Positions 24,002 through 36,243 of a DNA stretch of 64,000 nt are shown piece after piece. The notes under the pieces were generated by a model, which ran no database searches, was not told where the DNA came from, and worked only from the letters and a program-made list of their open reading frames with translations. This stretch comes from Octopus sinensis. Taxonomy: Eukaryota. Every line of letters starts with the position of its first letter. The stretch's first letter is position 1. The DNA is taken from positions 3,410,001 through 3,474,000 of the forward strand of contig NC_043021.1 in NCBI RefSeq assembly GCF_006345805.1, in the 5' to 3' direction. A program made the translations under genes and the position numbers.

Positions 24002-24371
24002 TCTTTATATATAAAAGTGAAGTTGTGTGTCTGTCTCCTACGATTTAGATTCCTAACTACTCCCACATTTTGCGGTGCAGTTTAACCAAAACCGGGTATC
24101 TTATAGTCATGATTCATATCGAGTCAACGATTTAAAAAAAAAAATTTACCATCATTTTTTTCCATTTTTAATGCGTTTTTTTTTCGCTATTATATGAGGG
24201 AAGTAACTCTCTAAAAATGTCTACGCTGAGTCAATGATTAAAAAAAAAATTTACCATAATTTTTTTCCATTTTTAATGCATTTTTTTGCTATTTTTTGGC
24301 TATAACTCTCTAAAAATGCTTATATAGTTATTTCCCTTACAAACCCGAGCAACGCCGGGCGATACTGCTAG
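24002..24371 (+). mobile_element. Non-autonomous Helitron (internally deleted)
   Basis: A|TC 5' end, 3' hairpin CCCGAGCAACGCCGGG, CTAG|T 3' end, no TSD. Confidence 0.88.
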
Positions 24372-25346
24372 TAATCTATATCTAATCACAAGTACAACAC
24401 TAAGTACATCTCTAAGACACTTAAATTGTAAATGGGTTTTATAGGATAAGTTCACTTGGTCACTTTAAGAAGCAAATCACTATAATTAAGGATTAGTTTT
24501 TTTAGCTTACAGAGCTGAGTTAACACGCTGCTATGGACCTGGAGAATTGGCCAGGGAATCTACACCAGTGCATTTGTCTCCGAAAATTTGATTAATGTAC
24601 ATGAGCTTTATGGATCCTCTAGAACTTGATGATTGCTGTAGTAGCTCCAAGATAGCTTTCGTGTGATCCCTTGATCCTTCTAGGTCTGCAGTAATTCAAA
24701 CATGAACTGATGTGAACCATGTTGATCTGTCCAGTCTGTACCAGCATGGAAAGCAGCTGTGAATGTTGTGGTTGTTGATGATACATTAAGAAGGTCCTTC
24801 CTCTTGCTTCCTTGTGGTTACTCAGCCTGCTAGAAATAGTAGCCAAATCTCCCTCAAACCACACCCTTTTGTCTTGGAGAGGCATGATTGGACAGATTGT
24901 ATAACAAAGTCCTCCAAACATATCTGGTGACTGGCTTGGCCATGAAAGTAATTAGAGGGAGATTTGGTTGCTATTTTCCACAGATTGTGTAAACACAAAG
25001 AGACTCTCATTAATTCAGGTTCATGACCCATAGTTGTAGCTAGTGGAGGCCATATGGCTTAGTGGTTTGGGTGTTGGACTCTTGATCATAACATTGTGGT
25101 TTCAATTCCTGGACTGGGTGACGCATTGTGTTCTTGAGCAATACACTTCATTTCTTGTTGCTCCAGTTCACTCAGCTCGCAAAAATGAGTAATTCTGTGA
25201 TGGACCAGTGTCCTGTCCAGGTGGGGAATTTTTATGCCATGAAAACCAAGAATCCAGCCCTTATGAGTCGGTATGACTTGAGAAGATAAAAAGAAGAATT
25301 TGTAGTCAGTGATACAGCTGTATTTGTGACATTCACTTAACAGTAA

Positions 25347-25741
25347 TCTTTATATATAAAAGAAGTTGTGTGTCTGTCTCCTGCGATTTAGATTCCTAAC
25401 TACTCCCACATTTTGCGGTGCAGTTTAACCAAAACCGGGTATCTTATAGTCGTGATTCATATCGAGCCCTTCTGGGTATTAGCGTGCGTCTACGATGAGT
25501 CTACAATTTAAAAAAAAATTTACCATCATTTTTTTCCATTTTAATGCATTTTTTCGCTATTATATAAGGGAAGTAACTCTCTAAAAATGTCTACGATGAG
25601 TCAACGATTTAAAAAAAAATTTACCATCATTTGTTTTCCATTTTTAATGCATTTTTTGCTATTTTTTGGCTATAACTCTCTAAAAATGCTTATATAGTTA
25701 TTTCCCTTACAAACCCGAGCAACGCCGGGCGATACTGCTAG
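25347..25741 (+). mobile_element. Non-autonomous Helitron
   Basis: Same termini (A|TC...hairpin...CTAG|T); ends 71 nt before exon 3 of gene 1. Confidence 0.88.
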
Positions 25742-25812
25742 TGAAATATAAATAAAAGCCTTTGTAATGTATTTAGATCAAGTTGTTAACGCTTTGTTCT
25801 CTCTACTCCTAG

Positions 25813-26298
25813 AATACCATCCAACAAGTATCAAACCAAAATATCATGGCGGAAAATGAATACAACTGGTCTCAGGAAGAGGACACAAAAAACTTCATAA
25901 TAAATCTAAATGCTGACAAACTTTCCTACAACACTGGCAATGCCGATTGCCTTGCACAAGACACTCACACCATGTTTACAGTGGAGCAAAATGCTCAAAC
26001 AGCTGCTACAACCAGTCACAAGTCAACGTTGCCCATTCGGCGCAACAAGTTAAAAAACCTGCATCGTATGGAACACAACAGCCTAGAGACAATTACAAAC
26101 AGCAACAGATTGCTTCAAGAACTGCAAGGATCACTCACACCGGCTATTGAAGAGGACCCCGATGACATATTCGCTAAGCTAATAGGCTTTGAGCTTAAAA
26201 AAATCAGAAGTGACATTCTGAAGTCTGAACTTAAACTGGAAATCATGAGTATATGCCACAAATTTCATATAAAACAAAGAGCGGAAGCTGCTCACTGA
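25813..26298 (+). CDS. MADF-BESS gene 1, exon 3 (low-complexity linker + C-terminal BESS-like motif)
   Basis: Acceptor CTCCTAG|AAT is phase 0, matching the exon 2 donor. The frame is open to TGA at 26296-26298. The C-terminus DPDDIFAKLIGFELKKIRSDILKSELKLEIMSI resembles BESS. Spliced CDS 169+185+486 nt = 279 aa. Confidence 0.75.
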   Translation, partial: NTIQQVSNQNIMAENEYNWSQEEDTKNFIINLNADKLSYNTGNADCLAQDTHTMFTVEQNAQTAATTSHKSTLPIRRNKLKNLHRMEHNSLETITNSNRLLQELQGSLTPAIEEDPDDIFAKLIGFELKKIRSDILKSELKLEIMSICHKFHIKQRAEAAH

Positions 26299-26959
26299 AG
26301 CTGCTCGCAGAACAAACAAAGCAGGGGGTTGTTATTTACTGTTACCATTCCACTGCTGTTATTTGTTGATATTCAATTTCAACTGAAAGAAATATGTCAA
26401 TTCCATTTTTTTTTTTTTTTTTTTTTTTATGCTGAAATTTGGCATTGACAAAATATTTTCATCACAAAAATTAAAATCATATGGGGAAAGGCAAATCAAT
26501 ATGAACCTTACTTATCCAAAATTCAGTAAAGAGGGTTTTATTAAGGCTGATTTTTTTATAGTTTTTTTTCATGTTGATTTTCAATTTTATTTAATTTTTT
26601 TTTTTTTTTTTTACAGTTAGATTCTTTTTTATACCTAGAAAGCATTTTGTAGAATTCTAAAAAAAAATATATGTTTTATGTATTTAAAATTAAATAGGCT
26701 GTGTGGTAAGTAGCTTGCTTACCAACCACATGGTTCCGGGTTCAGTCCCACTGTGTAACACCTTGGGCAAGTGTCTGCTACTATAGCCTCGGGCCGACCA
26801 AAGCCTTGTGAGTAGATTTGGTAGACGGAAACTGAAAGAAACCCATCACTTATATATACACAGACACGACAGAAGTAAACAGACACTCTTATAATCATTA
26901 AAATTTCTTTAAATCTGGAATTATACATTCAAAATTATAATGTGAATATTTAGTTGACA

Positions 26960-28300
26960 TGCCCTTTGCATTTTTCAATGCAAGGACCCCATTAGGCATG
27001 TTACCGATCAGATGAATATTCTCTTGTGGAATTTCTTGCCAAGTTTCATGCAAGTAATCTCAAAAGATCTGGCTTCGAAGATGCTTTCTTGTTCTTTTTA
27101 GGAAGTGTCCTGTCCATTATGTCCCAGAGGTGTCCAATAGAGTTCATATCTGGTGACTGGCTTGGCCATGAAAGCTTTTTAATGCCATTTTCATCCAACA
27201 AATCTTGGGTCATTTTAGCCGTGTGACAAAGAACTCCATCTTTCAAATATAAAAAGTCTTCTTTAATCATTTCACCACTGGATAAGATTGGAAAGAGTCC
27301 TTTCTGCAATATGGACACATTTATTTGAGTTTATCGTTTCCTCTCACTCCACTAGCTCTGATCGATCATTGCTCCAAATTGATCTCCAGACCATCACAGA
27401 ATAGCTGCAATCTTTTCATATCAAATTCTTGATCAGAGACCTACACTCGACCACTGTCAGATAATGGTGGGAGCACTCCGTCGGTTACGACGACGAGGGT
27501 TCTGGTTGATCCGAATCAACGGAACAGCCTGCTCGTGAAATTAACGTGTAAGTGGCTGAGCACTCCACAGACACGTTTACCCTTAATGTAGTTCTCGGGG
27601 ATATTCAGCGTGACACAGAGAGTGACAAGGCCGGCCCTTTGAAATACAGGTACAACAGAAACAGGAAGTAAGAGTAAGTTGTGGTGAAAGGGTACAGCAG
27701 GGATCACCACCATCCCCTGCCGGAGCCTCGTGGTGCTTTAGGTGTTTTCGCTCAATAAACACTCACAACGCCCGGTCTGGGAATCGAAACCGCGATCCTA
27801 TGACCGCGAGTCCGCTGCCCTAACCACTGGGCCATTGCGCCTCCACTGTCAGATAATACGGCAACTGTGAACTCATCAGAGAATATGACAGCGTCCCAAA
27901 ATGCTAGCGGTCTCTCCACCATTTCACTGGCCCAATCTTTTCTCCACTTGATGTTGGCTGGTCGAAGAAGTGGTCTCCTTCCTGCTGCTCTGCCATATTA
28001 ACCAAGTTTGTGGAGACATCTGACAGCTGGGACTGACATCAACTTGCTCTGCTTTGTCTGAGGATTAACCTCTACACTTCTCTTAACAAAGCGAAGGGTC
28101 CTGTCAGAGGATCTTTGTCGATCTGGGCAAGGTGATGTGGGCTCCTTCCCCTCTCTTGTGACTTGTACAGTCACTCTATTAACTGTAGAAAGCCGGATCC
28201 CAAGGTTTTCTGCAATTTTACACTATGCCCACCTTCAGAATGACCCACAATACAGCCTCTTTGAAATTTAAATAGTTCCAAGGCTTCTTTTGTACATGGC
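26960..28300 (-). pseudogene. Degenerate Tc1-family transposase
   Basis: Minus-strand fragments FQRGCIVG (HTH), FWDAVIFSDE (first D) and CHTAKMTQDLLDENGIKKLSWPSQSPDMNSIGHLW (DD34E C-terminal motif). Frameshifted and interrupted by the family C SINE. Confidence 0.85.
27466..27842 (-). mobile_element. tRNA-derived SINE family C with 15-bp TSD, inserted in a Tc1 relic
   Basis: TSD CCACTGTCAGATAAT at 27451-27465 and 27843-27857; tRNA-like head GGAGGCGCAATGGCCCAGTGGTTAGG...GGTTTCGATTCCC. Related copies at ~44744-45040 (+) and ~50640-51008 (-). Confidence 0.88.
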
Positions 28301-28706
28301 ATAATTAAACAGTCACATATAGAACCTGAAACATAAAAATATCAATTAATAAAGAATAGAAACTTTTACAAGTTAGAATAAACATAAAATGATGTTTTAT
28401 GGGGTGTCTATTTACTTCTGTTATGTCTGTGTATACATATATATACCTGTGTGTGTGTATTTGTCCCCTCCTCCATCACAACTGGTGTTGGTATGTTTAT
28501 GTCCCCGTAACTTGGCAGTTTCACAAAAGAGACTGATAGAATAAGTAAGAGGCTTAAAAAATAAGTCCTGGAGTTGATTTGTTTGACTATAGATCCTTCA
28601 AAGTAGTGCTCCAGCATGGCTACAGTCAAATGACTGAAACAAATAAAATACCTACCTATCTATATATATCTATCTATCAATATATATATATATATATATA
28701 TATATA

Positions 28707-29008
28707 AGCGAACCATCCGAACGTGGCCATTGCCAGGCTCGCCTGGCCCCCGTGCCGGTGGCATGTAACAAGCACCATCCGACCGTGGCCGTTTGCCAGC
28801 CTCGTCTGGCACCTGTGCTGGTGGCACGTAAAAAGCACCCACTACACTCACAGAGTAGTTGGTGTTGGTGTTAGGAAGGGCATCCAGCCATAGAAACATT
28901 GTCAGATCAGACTGGGCCTGGTGCAACCTTCTGGCTTCCCAGACCCCAGTTGAACTGTCCAACCCATGCCAGCATGGAAAGCAGACGCTAAATGATGATG
29001 ATGATGAT
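28707..29008 (+). mobile_element. 5'-truncated RTE 3'-end copy in (TA)n
   Basis: Homologous to ~22700-23038; (TGA)n tail; (TA)n on both sides. Confidence 0.85.
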
Positions 29009-29904
29009 ATATATATATATAAAACAAAACAGGAAGTTTGGAAAATTATTGGTATTTTTTATTCCTCATTACACTTGTTTCATTTGCTTATAGGAATTAC
29101 AGAATTTTACATGTAAGAAATTTCCTATTAGAAATTCTTCAGACAGAGAAATTAAATTAAACACCTTTTACATTTGGATGAATCATTTATAAAAGGGGCT
29201 AAGATCCCCTTTGGTCATTCATGACCATGGGATTTGTACCTAGAAAGTTACCCTCCGAGGCACAAATCCAGGCAAGGTTTATGGAAAACCTGCAGTCACG
29301 CATGCATACCAGACTCCTCTCTCCACACCACTAATGTTATCCAAGGGAAAGGTAAAGGCTGATACAGCTTGGCACCAGTGACATCAGAGCAAAGTGAAAT
29401 AAAGTGTCTTGCTCAAGAACACAACACACAGCCTGGTCCAGGAATCGAACTCACTACCACATGATTGTAAGCTTGATGCTCTAACCACTGAGCCATGTGC
29501 TTTCACTGAATCATTTATATTTAGTGTGGTGTTGGCAGTCGGTGTTATGGGATGTGATGAGCTTGTGGTGCCGGTGGAGAGGATGACAGATGAGGTGGGT
29601 GGAAGTAGGGCTTGCAGGGGCCGGCAGAAGACTGGAGGGCGCATGTGCGGCAGGAAGCGGAAGCGGTCAAGCGGGACGCACGTGTGGTCATCGAGGAAGC
29701 AGGCAGTTCGAGCATAGATGAGGAAGCGACAGGACATGTCGAATTCGTAAGTGACTTCTGATCTTCGCCGAGGTAAGGCCTTTTTGTATTTTCTTTCTCT
29801 CGTTGCTTCTCCTTCTGTTGTCCTCTTCATCCATCACACTACATTTAGTTACTAATTAGGATTAGTATAAATAGTTGGGGTGAAGGAAGGAAGAACAAAC
29901 CAAA

Positions 29905-30391
29905 TCTTTATATATAAAAGTGAAGTTGTGTGTCTGTCTCCTACGATTTAGATTCCTAACTACTCCCACATTTTGCGGTGTAGTTTAACCAAAACCGGGT
30001 ATCTTATAGTCGTGATTCATATTGAGCCCTTCTGGGTATTAGCATGAGTCTACGATTTAAAAAAAAATTTACCATCATTTTTTTCCATTTTAATGCATTT
30101 TTTCGCTATTATATAAGGGAAGTAACTCTAAAAATGTCTACGATGAGTCAACGATTTAAAAAAAAATTTACCATCATTTTTTTTCCATTTTAATGCATTT
30201 TTTCGCTATTATATAAGGGAAGTAACTCTCTAAAAATGTCTACGATGAGTCAACGATTTAAAAAAAAATTTACCATAATTTTTTTTCCATTTTTAATGCA
30301 TTTTTTTGCTACTTTTTGGCTATAACTCTCTAAAAATGCTTATATAGTTATTTCCCTTACAAACCCGAGCAACGCCGGGCGATACTGCTAG
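29905..30391 (+). mobile_element. Non-autonomous Helitron with internal duplication
   Basis: Same termini; the ~90-bp ACGATTTAAAAAAAAATTTACC block is present three times. Confidence 0.88.
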
Positions 30392-30611
30392 TATTACTTA
30401 AAAGAAAAGTCAGTGTTATATACACACACACATACACTTGTTGGGAAGCACACCTGTGCTTTTAACAGATATTAAACGAAACAAACTAACCTAGTTTTGG
30501 TTCCAGTTTGATTGCTAATTCATCTTTTCTGTTATAAAATAACTTCCCTGTACTCACCAAATCCTCAATTGTACTTATCCTTTATTAATGGATACCTTTG
30601 ATCATAAAAGG

Positions 30612-31073
30612 TCAAGCCGCCCCGACAGGCCTTGTGCTGGTGGCGCATAAAAAGCACCATCCGTTCGTGGCCGTTGCCAGCGCCGCCCCGACTGGCCTCG
30701 TGCCGGTGGCACATAAAAGGCACCATCCGTTCGTGGCTGTTGCCAGCGCCGCCCCGACTGGCCGTGTGCCGGTGGCACATAAAAAGCACCATCCGTTCGT
30801 GGCCGTTGCCAGCCTCACCTGGCACGTAAAAAGCATCATCCGTCCGTGGCCGTTTGCCAGCTCTGTCTGGCACCTGTGCGGGTGGCACATAAAAAGCACC
30901 CACTACACTCACAGAGTGGTTGGCGTTAGGAAGGGCATCCAACCGTAGAAACACTGCCAGATCAGACTGAAGCCTGGTGCAGCCTTCTGGCTTTCCAGAC
31001 CCAGTTGAACCGTCCAACCCATGCTAGCATGGAAAGTGGACGCTAAATGATGATGATGATGATGATGATGATG
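30612..31073 (+). mobile_element. 5'-truncated RTE 3'-end copy
   Basis: GTGCCGGTGGCAC repeats + TTAGGAAGGGCATCC + (TGA)n tail. Confidence 0.85.
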
Positions 31074-31128
31074 CATACTGACGAGGTGTGAAGTTAAGAG
31101 ACATAACTACGTGATGTAGGTCTTGAGG

Positions 31129-31542
31129 CGAGCGAGCTGGTAGAAATGTTAGCACGCCGGGCGAAATGCGTCGCCATATTTCGTCTGCCATTACGTTCTG
31201 AGTTCAAATTCCGCCGAGGTCGACTTTGCCTTTCATCCTTTCGGGGTCGATAAATTAAGTACCAGTTACGCACTGGGGTCGATGTAATCGACTTTATCTG
31301 TTTGTCTGTTCTTGTTTGTCCCCTCTATGTTTAGCCCCTTGTGGGTAGTAAAGAAATAGGTATTTCGTCTGCGGTTACGTTCTGAGTTCAAATTCTGTCG
31401 AGGTTGACTTTGCCTTTCATCCTTTCGGGGTCGATAAATTAAGTACCAGTTATGCACAGGGGTCGATGTAATCGACTTTATCCATTTGTCTGTCCTTGTT
31501 TGTCCCCTCTATGTTTAGTCCCTTGTGGGTAATAAAGAAACA
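31129..31542 (+). mobile_element. tRNA-derived SINE family B, head-to-tail 1.8-mer with 16-bp TSD
   Basis: TSD GATGTAGGTCTTGAGG at 31113-31128 and 31543-31558; core GGTCGACTTTGCCTTTCATCCTTTCGGGGTCGATAAA. Other family B pieces lie at 1-139, ~180-340 (-), ~1590-1738 (-), ~5520-5880, ~32340-32530 (-) and ~56210-56420 (-). Confidence 0.85.
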
Positions 31543-31987
31543 GATGTAGGTCTTGAGGTTAAAGTTTATTACATTCATTTTCGTGCACATGCTACATGGA
31601 CAAGCTAAACAACACTGTTTGTCTCGGGTTGCTGTGTCAATCCATAATGACCAGTCAACCCATGCTAACAGCGGAAACAAACTTGAAACAATGGTGATGA
31701 TGATGCTCAAACGTTGAAATTACGGTTTCAAATCCCAGGCTGGTGATGTGTTGGGTTCTTGAGCAAAACACTTCATTACACATAGCTCCAGTTCACTTAG
31801 CTGTAAATGGGTATCTCTGCAACATATTGGGGTTTCATTCAGGGGGTAATGTTAGCCTGCCCACCTCGCCAGTGGGGTGGCCTCATTCAAAAGCTACAAC
31901 AATGTGAGGAAGTACATTGTGATCAGCAATGTATAACAACATCAGTTAATATGATTGATGCCAAGATTCTGTGATATAGACTACTAA

Positions 31988-32208
31988 CCCTTTAGTGTTC
32001 ACATTATTCTACCCAAATTGATGCTTCTTCATCCACATTGCCTTGAACTAATCAGGCATTATCTTGTAGCTTTGAGATTTTGATAAGGTAGCTGTTAATT
32101 TTTAAAACGATATTGTAGGGTTGGTGTGAGGGACCAGATCTGGCCATTTTGAACATAGAACAGGCAGAATACTTTTGGCCGGATATGGCCGGTTTAAATG
32201 CTAAAGGG
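31988..32208. mobile_element. piggyBac-type MITE, second family
   Basis: CCCTTTAG...CTAAAGGG|TTAA; partial relatives at ~38560, ~42415-42610, ~47305-47521 and ~53475-53703. Confidence 0.7.
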
Positions 32209-32719
32209 TTAAGGAAGTTGGAAAAGATGCATGATAGTGGAATTTTAATCCAGAAGCCCCCTAATTATGAAGTGAACTTAAATATTTGGCCATATCTCTC
32301 TACACATACGTAGTAATAGTAATAATAATAATAATAATAACTCTTTCTACTAAAGGCACAAGGCCTGAAATTTTGGGAGAGGGGACTAGTCGATTATATC
32401 AACCCCAGTGTTCCACTGGTACTTAATTTATCAACCTGAAATGATGAAAGGTAAAGTCAACCTCAGTGGAATTTAAACTCAGAACGTAAAGACAGATGAA
32501 ATGCCACAAAGCATTTTGCCTGGTGTGTTAACATATTTCTTTATCTATGTTATAAAAAAACATTTCGCTAAACCCTGGAACTTCTACCTTTATAAGTAGG
32601 CTGTAATATCCTTGGCACTTTCGTGTATATTTGCTACCCTGGTAACTTTTTATTTATTTATTTTTTCCGTGTTATTTGTACACATTGAAAAAATACACAC
32701 ACACATATATATATATTAT

Positions 32720-32774
<55 letters not shown>

Positions 32775-32901
32775 ATATGCCTGCATATTGTTCTGGTGTC
32801 CACTGAATTTTTCTCTAGAGAACATTCTTTCATTGTAGTTTGATCGTAGGTGATCTACTTCTAGCATATGGCTGTCCACATAGTGGTTTTTAGCCCTTTA
32901 A

Positions 32902-32945
<44 letters not shown>

Positions 32946-33479
32946 CATCTGATATTAGTATATAATTGCATATGACATGAAGTTAAGGCTCCTTAATGAA
33001 ACCAACTGTTAATGTGTACAGGGTGAAATAACCAGTATAGGGGAGCAAACTCTCCGAGAACCGCCACATAAGGAATTAGTAAAACGTGAAATATTTTCCT
33101 CTTCTGCTTACAACCGATACAATAAGCGAGAGTCGGAACGAGACCACACACATTTCTATGGATAGACTGACTGACGTTGATCGAAGCTTACGGGTGGTGA
33201 ATGTTACCATCAAATTGAAAGTGAATTGCCAAATGCAAAGAGTGGAAGAGATTATCAATCATAATTCATAACTGTATTTGTTTATATAAACGCGAATCTT
33301 TATTTATTTTATTTCAAGTTGAAGAAAACTAGTAACGATTCTCAAACCAATTATTTAAAATTAAATAGACCATAAAACGTTGTTTTATTTAATCACAAAA
33401 CCCGTTCCTTAGACGAGAGACCATGTTGTGCTTTTGTCGTTTGCCATGTCGTACACATGTGTGCCTTCAGTAAGATCTG

Positions 33480-33565
33480 TTTTGATTGGCTAATAAACTA
33501 GCAACAAGCTGTCGAAACGATGTAAGACGTTCCCTTATTGGTTGTTCTAGTTCATATATAAAGCG
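33480..33565 (+). promoter_or_regulatory. Candidate core promoter of MADF-BESS gene 2 (two inverted CCAAT boxes + TATA)
   Basis: ATTGG at ~33485 and ~33536, and TATATAAA at 33555-33562, ~100 nt upstream of the ATG in a CpG-containing stretch. Confidence 0.4.
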
Positions 33566-33664
33566 AGACCCAGTGTTTTGCCAATCGACGTTGTGTGTCC
33601 TAAACTGCGATCGAATGTAATTCGTTCGATCATTGATTTGCAAATTTGTCTCGACAACAGAAAA

Positions 33665-33842
33665 ATGGCGTCGATGGAAAGGGTGGACCTGACGATGACA
33701 TCGAGTCAGATCGAATTATTAATTGAGTTGTACAGAGAACGGGAACTGCTTTGGAACCCTGACCACGAAAACTACACATACAGACCCGCCCGAGCAATGG
33801 CTCTACGCGAAATTGCAGAAAAAATGGGTGTTGGATGGACAG
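33665..33842 (+). CDS. MADF-BESS gene 2, coding exon 1
   Basis: MASMERVDLTMTSSQIELLIELYRERELLWNPDHENY...ALREIAEKMGVGWT. Phase-1 donor G|GTCAGT at 33843, at the same position as in gene 1. Confidence 0.88.
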
Positions 33843-34588
33843 GTCAGTTGTAGCTGAGCTTTGTATTGTGAATATTTTAGGAATGTATATATATACGTTA
33901 CGTTACATTAAAAAAAAAAAACAGGAAAATAATTACATAAATACGTTTCCAAAACAATAGATGTTAACACGTTCAGAGTGTTAAAATAGCGAGAGATTTT
34001 TATAATTGGTAATCAGTTGTTTTCAATTAGATTAATAGTGTGTATGTGTAATACTCGTGTGTTGCTTATGTTGTGTCCTGTAACCTAGCACATTAACAAC
34101 AACTAGAAAACGATGAAATAAGTACCAGGCTGGATGGAATAAGTCCTGGGGGATCGATACGGTCGACGCGAACGACGACCTCCTCTACAAAACAGAAGGG
34201 ACTACAATGAAGTATCATGCTGGAATCCCTGAATATCTACTAAAATTTTAAGGTATATTTGTTTCATTGTTTATAAAAATATATTATAAAACGGTATAAG
34301 TCAATTTGATTAGTCTTCGTAAACACAGTTCATGAAATGATTTCTACTGTAGATATTATAGTCCTGGAATGTATACAAAAATTCGGTTAATATTAAGTTT
34401 TACACCCGGCCACCAAAACAAAACACAACGTCTATTAGGGGTACCAAAAAAAAATGTGTATTAGAGGAATATGAAAACCAAAATTTGCGCCAAGGAACCG
34501 ATTACTCGGCAGAGGAAGAATCATCCTGGACCCGGATAAAGTGTCGCAGCTTCCAAAGACAAATGCGGGCAGAGTTCTGATCGAAGCA

Positions 34589-35011
34589 TACTCTCTTTTA
34601 CTCTTTTACTTGTTTCAGTCATTTGACTGCGGCCATGCTGGAGCACCGCCTTTTTTAATCGAGCATATCGACCCCGGGACTTATTCTTTTTGTAAGCCCA
34701 GTACTTATTCTATCGGTCTCTTTTTGCCGAACCGCTAAGTGACGGGGACGTAAACACACCAGCATCGGTTGTCAAGCAATGCTAGAGGGACAAACACAGG
34801 CACACAAACACACACATACATACATATATATATACATATACATATATACGACAGGCTTCTTTCAGTTTCCGTCTACCAAATCCACTCACAAGGCATTGGT
34901 CGGCCCGGGGCTAAAGCAGAAGACACTTGCCCAAGATGCCACGCAGTGGGACTGAACCCGGAACCATGTGGTTGGTTAGCAAGCTACTTACCACACAGCC
35001 ACTCCTGCGCC
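34589..35011 (-). mobile_element. SINE family A, full copy
   Basis: Near-identical to the other family A copies. Confidence 0.85.
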
Positions 35012-35439
35012 TATGTACTAAAACCGCTCATAACTTTTTCATTTCTACAAATTTTCACAAAAGTGTTTCGATTCCGTCTTCTGCATAACGGAATTGATAC
35101 GATTATCCAAAAAATAAAAAATGTTTTTTTTTTTTAGAAATACCCCCCCCCCCCAATTTCCAAACTTTCCACTGTTTTTCTATTAAAAAAAAAATCTTGC
35201 TCTTCACAATGGAATTAATACCTTTATCCAATAACAAAGTTCATTAACAATATTAGTGGAGACACAACCGTCCAGTGGTACGAATATTATAAGGAAATAT
35301 GTATCCAAAAACTACTAACTCCACCCGCATCTCTATTGGAGACTGCAACACTTTATCCTCATCCAAGATGACTTTTCCTCTGCCGAATAATCAATCGGTT
35401 AGTTGGCGCAAATTTTGGTTTCCAAATTCCTTTAATACA

Positions 35440-35830
35440 CTCTCTTTACTCTTTTACTTGTTTCAGTCATTTGACTGTGGCCATGCTGGAGCACCGCCTT
35501 TAGTTGAGCAAATCGACCCCGGGACTTATTCTTTGTAAGCCCAGTACTTATTCTATCGGTCTCTTTTGCCGAACCGCTAAGTGACGGGGACGTAAACACA
35601 CCAGCACCGGTTGTCAAGCAATGCTAGGGGGACAAACACAGACACACATATATATATACATATATACGACAGGCTTCTTTCAGTTTCCGTCTACCAAATC
35701 CACTCACAAGGCATTGGTCGGTCTGGGGCTATAGCAGAAGACACTTGCCCAAGATGCCATGCAGTGGTACTGAACCCGGAACTATGTGGCTGGTTAGCAA
35801 GCTACTTACCACACAGCCACTCCTGCGCCT
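35440..35830 (-). mobile_element. SINE family A, full copy
   Basis: Near-identical to the other family A copies. Confidence 0.85.
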
Positions 35831-36243
35831 ACACACATTAACCACATTTTTTTTTACCCCTATCAGACTTTTTTGTTTTGGTGGCCCTGGGTGTTAAACT
35901 TAATATTAAGCAAAAATTCTAACGTATGATGTTTTATGTCTATAAAATATACCATAAACTCAGTTTAATTAATCTTAATTGTCACTCATGTAAATTATGA
36001 TTTATTTGTAAATTGGATGATTGTAGCATGCCATTTCTATGCAGTCCCTTCTGTTCTGTACTGGAGATCATTGCTTAGGTACATAATCTACTTTAAGTGC
36101 GGAAACGAAATTTGCTTAGAGGGAGCAAATACAGATCCAACCTAGGATGTTTAAAGCCAGCTGTCAAGCAATGACAGATATACATTTACACACACGTGTA
36201 TGTTAATGTATGTATGTGTATCTCTCTCTCTGTATATATATAT

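Noticed and set aside
34769-35137. Recurrent ORFs such as MSSNARGTNT.../MLGGQT...YQIHSQGIGRP and MLAWVG.../MDGSTG...
   Set aside because: These are translations of family A SINEs and RTE 3' tails; they recur wherever the repeat does and are not genes.
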